This document shows positions 1 to 9,178 of a stretch of DNA of 64,000 bases, piece after piece (the first letter of the stretch is position 1; each line of letters starts with the position of its first letter). The stretch comes from Candidatus Latescibacterota bacterium (lineage in GTDB: Bacteria; Latescibacterota; UBA2968), in NCBI GenBank assembly GCA_965204375.1, contig OZ241986.1, positions 1,952,001 through 2,016,000 on the forward strand, in the 5' to 3' direction. Both the position numbers and the translations under genes were made by a program. Under the pieces are notes generated by a model. It searched no databases. It was not told the DNA's origin and saw only the letters and a program-made list of their open reading frames with translations.

Positions 1-241
1 CGTTGCCGTTCAAGTCGGTAAATACGAATCGCCGACCTTCTGCGATTGATGAATCACCTGGTCTTTGAGGTGATTCAACCACATCTATAACACCATATTC
101 GGTAAACAAAATGGGACGTCCGGGATTTCTTTCCGTAAGAGGAATAAGCTGGTTTTGGAATATCTGACTATAACTCGCCTGGAAAATTTCGACACTTAGT
201 ACCGTTGACGGACGCGAGTCCGTCAATTGAAAACGTGAAAG
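1..241 (-). pseudogene. Possible fragment of a glycoside hydrolase-like (GH113/TIM-barrel type) gene running off the window edge
   Basis: Minus frame open from 241 to the edge reads LSRFQLTDSRPSTVLSVEIFQASYSQIFQNQLIPLTERNPGRPILFTEYGVIDVV. PILFTEYG resembles the clan GH-A nucleophile motif. In-frame TAG at 242-244 and no clear start. Confidence 0.3.
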
Positions 242-355
242 CTATCAGGGCAACAGGCGTGATCCACCTGCACAAGAATTCTATTTTCTTGCTGACCGAT
301 ATATATGCGATCTTCACCATCCCCTCAATCCATTTATGATATCGATAAATGGAAT

Positions 356-1180
356 TTATTCCTTTAACTCTTCCATAACCCGACGGGTAATTTCCCCGAT
401 GAGATCGTCCTGGGAAGTTTGGGCATCGGCTGTGCCGCCAGCACTCAACGTGCGAATCGTGGGAATACCGCCGTTGGTCTCAGGTTGTGTTGTAGGTGCA
501 TCGGGGATATCGCACGCTGGATCGGGGCCGCGAAGCCCCATGCGGTTGCGAATAGCGACCAATTTTTCCACCTGTTCCGCATTGAGTTCGTTATACCCGC
601 CGAGTTGTTGTGCCACAAAAAGTATTTTTGCAAAATGCTCCAGCGTCTCCATCTTGTAATAGGCATTCATCACATCGGTACCGATCGCAGTCGCACCGTG
701 ATTTTCCAGCAAATAGGCGTCGTAATCTTTGACATATTGCCTGATCGGTTCAGATATTTCTGGTCCCCCCGGCGTACCGTATTCCACAATGGGTATGGCG
801 CCGAGAGTAATAACCACCTCGGGCAGAACACACATAGTAAGGGGAACGCCTGCAACCGCAAAACCCGTAGCCGTTGGCGGATGTGCGTGTACCACAGCGC
901 GCACATCGGGGCGCTCGCGATAGAGAAAAATGTGCATCCCAATTTCTGACGAAGGCCGCTTTTGCCCACTCACAAGCGTGCCATCCATGTCCGTAATACA
1001 GAGATCTTCGACCTTGAGAAATCCCTTGGACATACCCGTTGGCGTAGTGAGAATGCGGTCTTCTTCAATTCGGCATGAAATATTGCCATCATTAGAAGCG
1101 ACAAAGCCGCGTTCGTACACGCGACGCCCGGCTTCAACAATATCGAGTTTGGCCTGATGGAGATTCATTTTATGTCTCAT
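356..1180 (-). CDS. Class II aldolase (fuculose/rhamnulose-1-phosphate aldolase-like), BMC signature enzyme with C-terminal encapsulation peptide
   Basis: GNIS, PSSE, HAHP and LENHG metal-binding motifs. A low-complexity linker is followed by the amphipathic helix DDLIGEITRRVMEELKE. Confidence 0.9.
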   Translation of the reverse strand: MRHKMNLHQAKLDIVEAGRRVYERGFVASNDGNISCRIEEDRILTTPTGMSKGFLKVEDLCITDMDGTLVSGQKRPSSEIGMHIFLYRERPDVRAVVHAHPPTATGFAVAGVPLTMCVLPEVVITLGAIPIVEYGTPGGPEISEPIRQYVKDYDAYLLENHGATAIGTDVMNAYYKMETLEHFAKILFVAQQLGGYNELNAEQVEKLVAIRNRMGLRGPDPACDIPDAPTTQPETNGGIPTIRTLSAGGTADAQTSQDDLIGEITRRVMEELKE

Positions 1181-1449
1181 CCCTTCATATTAATATCATC
1201 CACAACGCCGACGATAACGGAACGCACCGCAGGCAACTCCACATTGAGAACGAGACCCGCCGCGACGCCTTGCCGGATCACGAGGACAATTTCGCCGCGG
1301 CCAACGCCTGCGGCGTCAACTGCAAGAGCCGATGCACCGTCATCTTTGCCATCGGGCGTAATGGGCTGCACGACCATGAGCTTAGCGCTGTTGTAATCGC
1401 TGTGTTTAATAGTCGATGTGACGCTACCGAGAACGCGGGCCAGGAACAT
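1177..1449 (-). CDS. BMC vertex protein (EutN/CcmL, BMC-P)
   Basis: MFLARVLGSVTSTIKH...AVDAAGVGRGE...IVGVVD pattern. Confidence 0.9.
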   Translation of the reverse strand: MFLARVLGSVTSTIKHSDYNSAKLMVVQPITPDGKDDGASALAVDAAGVGRGEIVLVIRQGVAAGLVLNVELPAVRSVIVGVVDDINMKG

Positions 1450-1519
1450 ATAGAATTTGGGATTCGGGATTTAGCTGCATTCTCCCCTTCTTCTAAGGAG
1501 AGCCGGAGGGTAGGCTACC

Positions 1520-1783
1520 TCATGCATCGACCTGATCGACAATGCCGACAACTGCCGCATCAACCGGGCCGTATTTATCGGGCAGGGCGTTGGGAGCTTC
1601 TCGTGAACCGACCCAGTAGATGGTTTCCCCATCGCTGGCATTGACCACATCAATAGCGACAAAAGCATCTCCTGCTTTATTGTGCTCGTGATCAATCGGT
1701 TCAACGACAAGCAGTCTAAAACCTTTGAGCGAGGCATCTTTGCGCGTCGCCCAAATTTTGCCAATGACGCGACCCAGGAACAT
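1520..1783 (-). CDS. BMC vertex protein (EutN/CcmL, BMC-P)
   Basis: MFLGRVIGKIWATRKD...PVDAAVVGIVD. Start reassigned to ATG 1783 (GAGG upstream). Confidence 0.9.
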   Translation of the reverse strand: MFLGRVIGKIWATRKDASLKGFRLLVVEPIDHEHNKAGDAFVAIDVVNASDGETIYWVGSREAPNALPDKYGPVDAAVVGIVDQVDA

Positions 1784-1806
1784 TTTTACCTCGCGAGATA
1801 CGGGAC

Positions 1807-3243
1807 TTATACAATTCTGAAGTAGTCGATGAGGGCACAGCGGCGCTGGCGGGTAAATGTGCGGGCAGACGTGCAGCCTTCGCCAGTGGGTGTGGCAATA
1901 GAGAAAGACGTATAGCCCTCGCCACCTGCGCCCAATCCCGCAGATGACGCGCCGTTTTTCACAAAAATCGTACACTTGCACTGGCGAGCCATAACCGTCA
2001 TATTCTCGACATTTTTTGAGTGCATGACCGCCGTGTGGCGATACCCCTGTTCGGCCCGAATAGCCCAGTCAATTGCCCTGTGTACATCGGGTGTGCGAAC
2101 AATGGGGACAAACGGCATCATCTGCTCGTGTTGAACAAAATCGTGCTCATTTTCGACCTCGCCAATCAAAAGCTCTGTATCGGGCGAAATATTGAGACCA
2201 ATTTGAGCAGCAAGCACATGCGCGCTGCGACCGACGAGATCGCGATTGAGCATCCAATCGCCTTTTTCGTCGCGGGGAAACGCGATTTTGGTCAGTGCAT
2301 CAATTTGCGACCGATCGAGTTCCACACAATTATTTGACTTCAGGTGGCGCATCAGTTCATCGGCTACGGATTGAACGGCAAAAACTTCCTTTTCGCCAAT
2401 GCACAAAATATTATTGTCAAAACCGCCGCCTTCAATAATGCCGAGGGCAGCCTTTTCGATATCGGCAGTCTCATCTACGACCACAGGTGGATTGCCAGGC
2501 CCTGCTGCGATCACGCGCTTGGGCGCCTGCATGGCCGCCTTGACAACACCGCCACCGCCGGTGACGAGAACGAGATCAATGCCGGGATGCACAAAAAGGC
2601 TCTGCGCCGTTTCTATAGAAGGTTCGCGCACAGCAACGAGCAAATTCGGTGGACCGCCCGCACCGACAATGGCGCGATTGAGCATTTGCAAACCCAGAGC
2701 CGAAACATCTTTCGCACTCGGATGGGGCGCAAAAACCGCACTATTGCCCGCAGCGATAAAGCTAATTGCATTGTTGACCATCGTGGGCACCGGGTGCGTG
2801 GATGGCGTGACCGCTGCTATCACGCCAAAGGGCGCCATTTCAACAACCGTCAAACCATTGTCGCCCGTCCACGCCGTGGGCTGCAAATCTTCAACGCCAG
2901 GCGTGTGTTGTACAACAACCTCGAGTTTGCGAATTTTGTGCGGCACCTTGCCCATGCCGGTTTCTTCAACGGTTTTTTGCGCGATACCCTTTGAATGCGC
3001 CATAGAGTCTCTGCGAATTGCAACAATCAGATCGCGGCGTTGCTCCAGACTCATTGCTTCGAGGGCACGCTGGGCTTCTGAAGCCGCAGCAATAGCTTCT
3101 TCGAGATCGTCAAAAAGGCCATCGTCGCCTTTGTCTTCATAGCGAGCGGGCGGTGCAATAACCGCAGGAGCTTCGCGCTCAGCCACAAGGCGACGCACGA
3201 CCTGCTCAACCACCGATTGGATTTGAATTTCGTCTAAGTTCAT
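1807..3243 (-). CDS. CoA-acylating aldehyde dehydrogenase (PduP/EutE family) with N-terminal encapsulation peptide
   Basis: PFGVIAAVTPSTHP, TGGGGVV, AGPGNPPVVVDETADI, FDNNILCIGEKE (catalytic Cys), EQMMP, TPTGEG. N-terminal helix IQIQSVVEQVVRRL. Confidence 0.95.
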   Translation of the reverse strand: MNLDEIQIQSVVEQVVRRLVAEREAPAVIAPPARYEDKGDDGLFDDLEEAIAAASEAQRALEAMSLEQRRDLIVAIRRDSMAHSKGIAQKTVEETGMGKVPHKIRKLEVVVQHTPGVEDLQPTAWTGDNGLTVVEMAPFGVIAAVTPSTHPVPTMVNNAISFIAAGNSAVFAPHPSAKDVSALGLQMLNRAIVGAGGPPNLLVAVREPSIETAQSLFVHPGIDLVLVTGGGGVVKAAMQAPKRVIAAGPGNPPVVVDETADIEKAALGIIEGGGFDNNILCIGEKEVFAVQSVADELMRHLKSNNCVELDRSQIDALTKIAFPRDEKGDWMLNRDLVGRSAHVLAAQIGLNISPDTELLIGEVENEHDFVQHEQMMPFVPIVRTPDVHRAIDWAIRAEQGYRHTAVMHSKNVENMTVMARQCKCTIFVKNGASSAGLGAGGEGYTSFSIATPTGEGCTSARTFTRQRRCALIDYFRIV

Positions 3244-3246
3244 ATC

Positions 3247-3537
3247 TCACTTCTGATAAACCGCTTCACCTTCGATTTCTGCCGTATCGATAATAGCGAC
3301 AATCACAGCATCGACAGGACGATCTTCAGTCACACTCGTCATACGGGCGGAACTCCCACTACAACAGAGCACGACTTCGCCATCGCCTGCACCAACAGCA
3401 TCTACGGCGACCAAAAAACTTTCTTTAAGTTCGAATGCGGGCAAATCGAGCGTTTGGACGATCTGGAGCTTAAAACCCGCCAAGCCGCTGTCTTTTTGGG
3501 TGGCAACCACCGTTCCCACCACCTTGCCGAGGGTCAT
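3247..3537 (-). CDS. BMC vertex protein (EutN/CcmL, BMC-P)
   Basis: GKVVGTVVATQKD, VAVDAVGAGDGEVVL, GSSAR, PVDAVIVAIID. Confidence 0.93.
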   Translation of the reverse strand: MTLGKVVGTVVATQKDSGLAGFKLQIVQTLDLPAFELKESFLVAVDAVGAGDGEVVLCCSGSSARMTSVTEDRPVDAVIVAIIDTAEIEGEAVYQK

Positions 3538-3540
3538 AGT

Positions 3541-3825
3541 TTAGTCGTTTGAAGAGCCGATAGGCAGAATATTTTCAAGGCTACCATGTGGTCGCGGAAT
3601 GACGTGTACAGAAACGAGTTCGCCAATTTTGCCAGCAGCAGCAGCGCCGGCTTCCGTTGCGGCTTTAACGGCTGCCACATCGCCGCGCACAATAGCAGTG
3701 ACATATCCCGCGCCAATGCGTTCCCAATTGACAAATTGGACATTGGCGGCTTTGACCATCGCATCTGCAGCCTCAATCATAGCTACGAGACCTTTGGTTT
3801 CAATCATGCCGAGGGCTTCACCCAT
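3541..3825 (-). CDS. BMC hexamer shell protein (PduA/EutM-like BMC-H)
   Basis: [37 protein letters not shown]. Confidence 0.97.
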   Translation of the reverse strand: MGEALGMIETKGLVAMIEAADAMVKAANVQFVNWERIGAGYVTAIVRGDVAAVKAATEAGAAAAGKIGELVSVHVIPRPHGSLENILPIGSSND

Positions 3826-3847
3826 GTTGTGTCCTCCTAAAAAATGA

Positions 3848-4120
3848 TCATTGATTACTAAAAATAATCGCTTCTACCTGTGGATCGAGATTTGGAATAA
3901 CGTGAGCGGCAACGAGATCCCCAACGCGCTCGGCAGCTTCTGTTCCCACTTCGATAGCTGCGCGAACCGCGCCCACATCGCCGCGCACGAGTGTGGTGGT
4001 ATATCCCGCACCGATTTTTTCGTACTTTTCAATTGCGACGGAAGCCATCTTGACCATCGCATCGGCAGCTTCTGTTGTGCCAATAACGCCGAGTGTTTCA
4101 ATCATACCAAGAGCATTCAT
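3848..4120 (-). CDS. BMC hexamer shell protein (divergent BMC-H)
   Basis: [24 protein letters not shown]; HVIPNLD in place of HVIPRPH. Confidence 0.93.
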   Translation of the reverse strand: MNALGMIETLGVIGTTEAADAMVKMASVAIEKYEKIGAGYTTTLVRGDVGAVRAAIEVGTEAAERVGDLVAAHVIPNLDPQVEAIIFSNQ

Positions 4121-4824
4121 TTTATCATAAACGCCGTATCGCCACAGACGAGATCGGCTGCGTTGGCATCGTCGGTATCCAAATGGAGTTCGGGCAAATA
4201 GCTTTCGTCAATTTTGAGGCGAACATTATCATATATAACGCCTTTTTCGCCTCCCACGCGCACCCTGACAGATTCCCGCCCTTGAAAGCCATAATCTATT
4301 ACATCAGATGGACGCAGGTGAATGTGGCGCGCAGCGCGAATAGCCGCGTTGACCGTGATCGACCCCCTGGGACCGATAAAAGTAACAGGTGGCGCATCTC
4401 TCAGGTCTCCCGAATCGCGCACAGGCGGATCAACGCCGATGTAGATGGCATCTGTTCGGGCGAGTTCAACCTGATTATAGTCGCGACTGGGACCGAGAAT
4501 CCGCACGCGCTCAATCGCGCGCAACCGGGGACCAACAACAGAGATGATTTCCTCGGCGGCAAAAGCGCCCGGCTGGTAGAGTTCGCGATAAGGCGTTAAG
4601 GTGTGACCCGCGCCAAAAAGGATCTCCAGAGTTTCGTCATCAACATGTGCATGCCGGGCAGATACACCTACGGAAATGGAAATTTCTTCGCCGTCTCCAC
4701 CGCGTATTTGATGCACGACTTCTCGTGCAATGCGGTCAATAGCATCGCTCTCCCCGATATTCTGTCCGAAAGAACAAAGACCGCAATCATCGCACACAGA
4801 GGCATTTTTTCGAATTGGAAGCAT
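4117..4824 (-). CDS. pduL: PduL-type phosphate acyltransferase with encapsulation peptide
   Basis: VSARHAH, QPGAFAA, RILGP, PPVRDSGDL, ARHIH, LHLDTDDANA. Encapsulation helix IDRIAREVVHQI. Confidence 0.92.
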   Translation of the reverse strand: MLPIRKNASVCDDCGLCSFGQNIGESDAIDRIAREVVHQIRGGDGEEISISVGVSARHAHVDDETLEILFGAGHTLTPYRELYQPGAFAAEEIISVVGPRLRAIERVRILGPSRDYNQVELARTDAIYIGVDPPVRDSGDLRDAPPVTFIGPRGSITVNAAIRAARHIHLRPSDVIDYGFQGRESVRVRVGGEKGVIYDNVRLKIDESYLPELHLDTDDANAADLVCGDTAFMIK

Positions 4825-4982
4825 CGCCGAAATTTGGTATCAGGTGCTGTTTACAAAAGGCGAAAAATAGCCCATGACTGCTGTAAAGTCAAGGTTAAAC
4901 ACGCTATAAAAAAGCACGATGCTTGACAAGTACCTCGCTTTGAACCAAATTCAGAGAAAATGTCTTATTTTCCCTAACCATC

Positions 4983-6602
4983 ATGAGAAATATACACTTG
5001 CTACTTAGATTATTCACGTGCATCCCGATATTTTTCTATTTCGCCAGTCCAGTGATAGGCGAAGATGCTTCGCCCGATGTCCCATTAAACCATCCCGTGT
5101 ATCCCCTGTTAGATCGTCTGAATGCGCGAGGTTGGATCGCCGTGCCCGATACACGGCCCTTAACCCGGATACAAGTTGCACAGATACTCTCCGACGTATC
5201 AAATCAATCTATGTCGGCAACCGAGCGCGGCCTCGTCAACCGATATATCGCAGAATTGGAAAATCGCGCGGCTTTTGCACGCGAACCCCGATGGACATGG
5301 CGCGACTCTGCGGCATCCCTCATTCTCGAACCACTGGTGCGACAACAGGTGATTGTGCGCAGGGGCGATGGATTTGTGAACGAGACTGCGTCGCAAACCT
5401 ATATTGGCGGTTCTGTGCGTGGACAATTCCACACATTGGGATTTTATGCACGCCACTTTGAGGCCCGCGAATGGAGCGACCAACCGCGCCTTCGTCGAGA
5501 AGATGTGCTGGCTCACCCCATTGAAGATGTGCAACTCAAGGGCAAAAAGGCGGACTTCCGCGAAAGCGCGTTTCAACTCGCCTGGGCAAATTCCTGGATG
5601 CGTATAGATGCGGGCAAGGGAAGCCTGAATTGGGGACCTGGACGCACGGGAAATTTATTAATCTCCGACAACGCGCCATCTTATGGTCTGTTTCGGTTGC
5701 AGGCATCCCACGGGCGATTGCGCTATACGCACATCGCTTCATCGCTGCGCGCGCGTCCTGGCTCAATCGACACAACGCGACGGTGGATCGACAATGGGCA
5801 TGTGCGTATTTTTTTGCGGCAAAAGCGACTGGCCGCGCATCGACTGGAGATTGCTTTCTCAAAGGTGCGAATTGGGTTGCACGAAGCCGTGGTATATGGT
5901 GACCGGGGATTTGAGCTGCTCTACGTTTTGCCGGTCGCAGTATTTGCAGGAACGCAAAATCACCTGGGAAATCGCGACAATCTCGTGATTGGAGCCGATA
6001 TATCGGCTCGCATCCGGACGGGACTGACACTTTACGGCGCATGGTTTTTCGACGATATGGTCAAATTTGACCCCGATGCATTTTCCAATCAATTTGCCTT
6101 TCAAGTGGGCGCGTTCTGGGTTGATCCGATGGGCTTGCGAGATACTGATGTGCGCGCCGAATACGTGCGCGTGGAGCCTTATGTGTACGCGCACAATTTT
6201 GACATCAATACGTATGAACACTACGACACCCTGTTGGGCTATCCAACCGGGCCAAATGCAGACCGCTATTTTGCACAAGTAACACACCGCTTTTCTCCGA
6301 ACCTGAATGCGTCTTTAACTTTTGCGAGAGAGCGGCAGGGTGAAAATCCAGTAAATCCAGATGGAACAATTGTCAATGTAGGAGGCAATGCACAACTGGG
6401 GCGTCGGCTACAGGATGCACCCACGCGAGACTTTATGTCGGGCGATGTGGAGACATACCAAAGAATAGGTGGCCGCGTGGAATTTACACCCGTGAGAAAT
6501 TGGACTTTGCAGGTGCAGTATCAACACCATCGCATTATAACACAGCAAAATCGGGCAACGGGGCATGAGTGGACAGCGACAATGGATGTGAACTTCTATT
6601 GA
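4983..6602 (+). CDS. Capsule assembly Wzi-family outer-membrane beta-barrel protein
   Basis: Signal peptide, N-terminal helical region (YPLLDRL...RPLTR), WGPGRTGNLLISDNA motif, LGYPTGPN, C-terminal aromatic residues. Confidence 0.75.
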   Translation: MRNIHLLLRLFTCIPIFFYFASPVIGEDASPDVPLNHPVYPLLDRLNARGWIAVPDTRPLTRIQVAQILSDVSNQSMSATERGLVNRYIAELENRAAFAREPRWTWRDSAASLILEPLVRQQVIVRRGDGFVNETASQTYIGGSVRGQFHTLGFYARHFEAREWSDQPRLRREDVLAHPIEDVQLKGKKADFRESAFQLAWANSWMRIDAGKGSLNWGPGRTGNLLISDNAPSYGLFRLQASHGRLRYTHIASSLRARPGSIDTTRRWIDNGHVRIFLRQKRLAAHRLEIAFSKVRIGLHEAVVYGDRGFELLYVLPVAVFAGTQNHLGNRDNLVIGADISARIRTGLTLYGAWFFDDMVKFDPDAFSNQFAFQVGAFWVDPMGLRDTDVRAEYVRVEPYVYAHNFDINTYEHYDTLLGYPTGPNADRYFAQVTHRFSPNLNASLTFARERQGENPVNPDGTIVNVGGNAQLGRRLQDAPTRDFMSGDVETYQRIGGRVEFTPVRNWTLQVQYQHHRIITQQNRATGHEWTATMDVNFY

Positions 6603-6615
6603 TCGGAAAAGAGAA

Positions 6616-7809
6616 ATGAGTCATCGCCAGTGCCTGTGGGGCCTTCTCGCATTCGCATTATTACTGCGCGTAGGCTTTGGGTTGACGCAATCCGATTTGA
6701 CCAATGCATCTGATGAGGTACATTGGGATCGCCTGGGGCAGGCTTATGTCGCGCTGGGCATTTTGCACCCCGATACTGGAATGTACCGCCCCCCATTATA
6801 CGGCTTATTTCTGGCGGGCATGTATCACACATTTGGTCATAACCTCGTCCTGGTGCGGATTGTCCAGGCCATCATGGGCACAATCACATGCTATCTCATC
6901 TATGTTCTGGGATGTAAAATGGGCAAGGTCGCAGTCGGTTTGTTCGCTGCGGGTCTGTTCGCTATTTATCCGTTATTTGTATTTTTTTCTGGCGTATTGA
7001 TGGCCGAAACCCTTCTGATTTTGTTGACGACTATTAGCTTTGTGTCTTGTATTCAATTCTGGCAAAAGAGCACCGTCACAATGGCGATGGTATTTGGCGG
7101 CATTGTGGGGCTGTCCGCACTTTGCAAGCCCGTTTTATTGCCCTGGCTGCCACCTGTCCTCTTTTTCTGGTGGCGAAAATCGCGTCTAACACCTGTACAA
7201 AAAACATCGCGTGTACTAACTGTAATTGGCGCACTCGGCCTGATTATTCTGCCGTGGACAGCGCGCAACCATATCATCTCAGGCGAATTTGTTCCCATCT
7301 CGACCAATTTGGGGATCAACTTGCTCGTGGGAGCACACCCCGAGGGACGCGGCGTTTACGATAATCACATCGATTATCTGACACTTTATCACACACTGGC
7401 CGACACATCTCAGGGTGCGGCCGCCGACCGCCGCGTCGCGGGCATTGTGATAGAGTGGATAATCGCGCAACCACTGCACTATCTGAGTTTGAGCATTGAC
7501 AAACTGCTCTATTTTTGGTGTCCCTGGATTCCGGGAGAGCCGCCATTATACAACGCAATTGCCGTGCTTTCCTGTACCCCACTCCTGATACTGGGGCTTG
7601 TCGGCACATTTAGCCAACGCCGAAGACCGGAAGGTCTGGCACTTATTCTCCTGATAATTTGCATGTCATTATTGCACATGGTATTCTTTGCCCATACGCG
7701 TTTTCGGCTACCCATTGACGCGGTTTTGTGCGCGTCTGCGGCCTGGGTATGTGTACAGTGGATCAACCGAATAGGACGCAAGCGTGATACTTCGAGAAGA
7801 CTTTTTTGA
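6616..7809 (+). CDS. GT-C fold membrane glycosyltransferase (ArnT/PMT-like, GT39/83)
   Basis: Multiple TM segments, DE motif after TM1, YRPPLY, PWTARN, RFRLP. Confidence 0.8.
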   Translation: MSHRQCLWGLLAFALLLRVGFGLTQSDLTNASDEVHWDRLGQAYVALGILHPDTGMYRPPLYGLFLAGMYHTFGHNLVLVRIVQAIMGTITCYLIYVLGCKMGKVAVGLFAAGLFAIYPLFVFFSGVLMAETLLILLTTISFVSCIQFWQKSTVTMAMVFGGIVGLSALCKPVLLPWLPPVLFFWWRKSRLTPVQKTSRVLTVIGALGLIILPWTARNHIISGEFVPISTNLGINLLVGAHPEGRGVYDNHIDYLTLYHTLADTSQGAAADRRVAGIVIEWIIAQPLHYLSLSIDKLLYFWCPWIPGEPPLYNAIAVLSCTPLLILGLVGTFSQRRRPEGLALILLIICMSLLHMVFFAHTRFRLPIDAVLCASAAWVCVQWINRIGRKRDTSRRLF

Positions 7810-9178
7810 CCCTGCAAAACCTCACCTGTTGTTCCTGGTGTGTTTGGGGCAGGTCCTGTTAATTGCACTACCATTTTTGGTAAATGACGCGCTTGCGGCG
7901 ATTCTTGTTCTGAGCTTGTTGTCGGCAATCGCGCTTTTTGGCTCTCTCACGCTGTCAGTGCTCTATTTGTGTTTCACCGCTGCGATTGTGCCTTCCTGGT
8001 TTTATGAAGACTACCTGATCTTGCCTCTGGACTTCAAATTCTATGAAGGTCTTCTCGTCGTGGTAATAGGCATTGCCTATCTCAACTATTTGTTGGAAGG
8101 CCGATGGAACTGGCGACGGCATACGTTTTTGGATCGACCAATGTGCGTATTGCTGGGGCTGGTCGTATTTTCATGCTTGTTGGGGTTGATCTACGGACAG
8201 TCAATCTCGCAAATGTTGCGCGATGTGCGCTATCCATTGTACTACACGTTGTTTTTTGTGGTGACGTGGTTTTTTGATGTGCGGCGGTTCTCCACATTCC
8301 TGCATTTATTTTTGCTCATCGCCGCAATTGTCGGCATCGAGTATTTGTTTGAATTTCTTTTGCAGGTCGATACAGACATTGCGGGCGGTTTTGTTCGGGT
8401 CGCACGGCTCGAAGGCATTGTGTTGCCGATGGGCATGCTCATTATTGCCGCTATTTTATTATTTGAAACGCGGACGTACAGGCGTGCCTGGGCGTGGAGC
8501 GCGATATTGCCCATCGGATTAGCTCTGGTTTTGACAATGGGCCGAGGCATGTGGATTTCGCTATTCGTCGGACTGGGTAGCTTGGCCGCATTGACCTTCT
8601 TGGATAAGCAGGCGGCACCTCGACGCATGTCGCGTCTTATTGTCGTGGCACTGGTCCCCCTGCTACTGCTGGCGATGGGTTATATTTTTCAGCAACAAAC
8701 CCGCGCTGCCGTTAGCGACATAGCACTGGACCGCGTGACGCGCAGCGTCGAAGCCGTAAGTGGGCGGTTGATATCTTATGGCAATGCACTGGAAAAAATT
8801 CGTCAACGTCCTTTGCTCGGCGGCGGACACGGTGAAACTGTGACATCTCTGGTGACATTTCCGCCGCCGCCAGAGATATTGACAGTGGGCGCAGTTGACA
8901 ATGTTTATCTGACAATTGGAATGCGAATGGGGCTGGTCGGCGTCGTGGCGTTTTTGTGGGTCTTTGGTTTTGCCCTCTGGCGTTCATATCTATTATTCCA
9001 GCAAAGTTCTGATACCCGCGTGCGTCTGTTTTGCGCGGCATTTATCGCCATTTACGCTGCCCTCCTCGTCTATGGCATGGCAGATGCAACCCTCTTTGCC
9101 AATCGGTTGATCTTTATCCATGCGACATTTTTGGGACTTATTGCGCGGCTGGTAGCAGAGGAAAAAAATAATGCCTGA
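7784..9178 (+). CDS. O-antigen ligase/polymerase-like (Wzy_C) membrane protein
   Basis: About 12 TM segments, LTMGRG, RPLLGGGHG, DNVYL...GLVG. Confidence 0.8.
   Translation: MILREDFFDPAKPHLLFLVCLGQVLLIALPFLVNDALAAILVLSLLSAIALFGSLTLSVLYLCFTAAIVPSWFYEDYLILPLDFKFYEGLLVVVIGIAYLNYLLEGRWNWRRHTFLDRPMCVLLGLVVFSCLLGLIYGQSISQMLRDVRYPLYYTLFFVVTWFFDVRRFSTFLHLFLLIAAIVGIEYLFEFLLQVDTDIAGGFVRVARLEGIVLPMGMLIIAAILLFETRTYRRAWAWSAILPIGLALVLTMGRGMWISLFVGLGSLAALTFLDKQAAPRRMSRLIVVALVPLLLLAMGYIFQQQTRAAVSDIALDRVTRSVEAVSGRLISYGNALEKIRQRPLLGGGHGETVTSLVTFPPPPEILTVGAVDNVYLTIGMRMGLVGVVAFLWVFGFALWRSYLLFQQSSDTRVRLFCAAFIAIYAALLVYGMADATLFANRLIFIHATFLGLIARLVAEEKNNA

Noticed and set aside
205-226. Perfect 9-bp hairpin ttgacggac-gcga-gtccgtcaa
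   Set aside because: Single copy, inside the putative gene fragment, no U-tract; no function can be assigned.
1784-1981. N-terminal extension of the 153-aa BMC-P ORF
   Set aside because: It overlaps the aldehyde dehydrogenase gene; homology and RBS point to ATG 1783.
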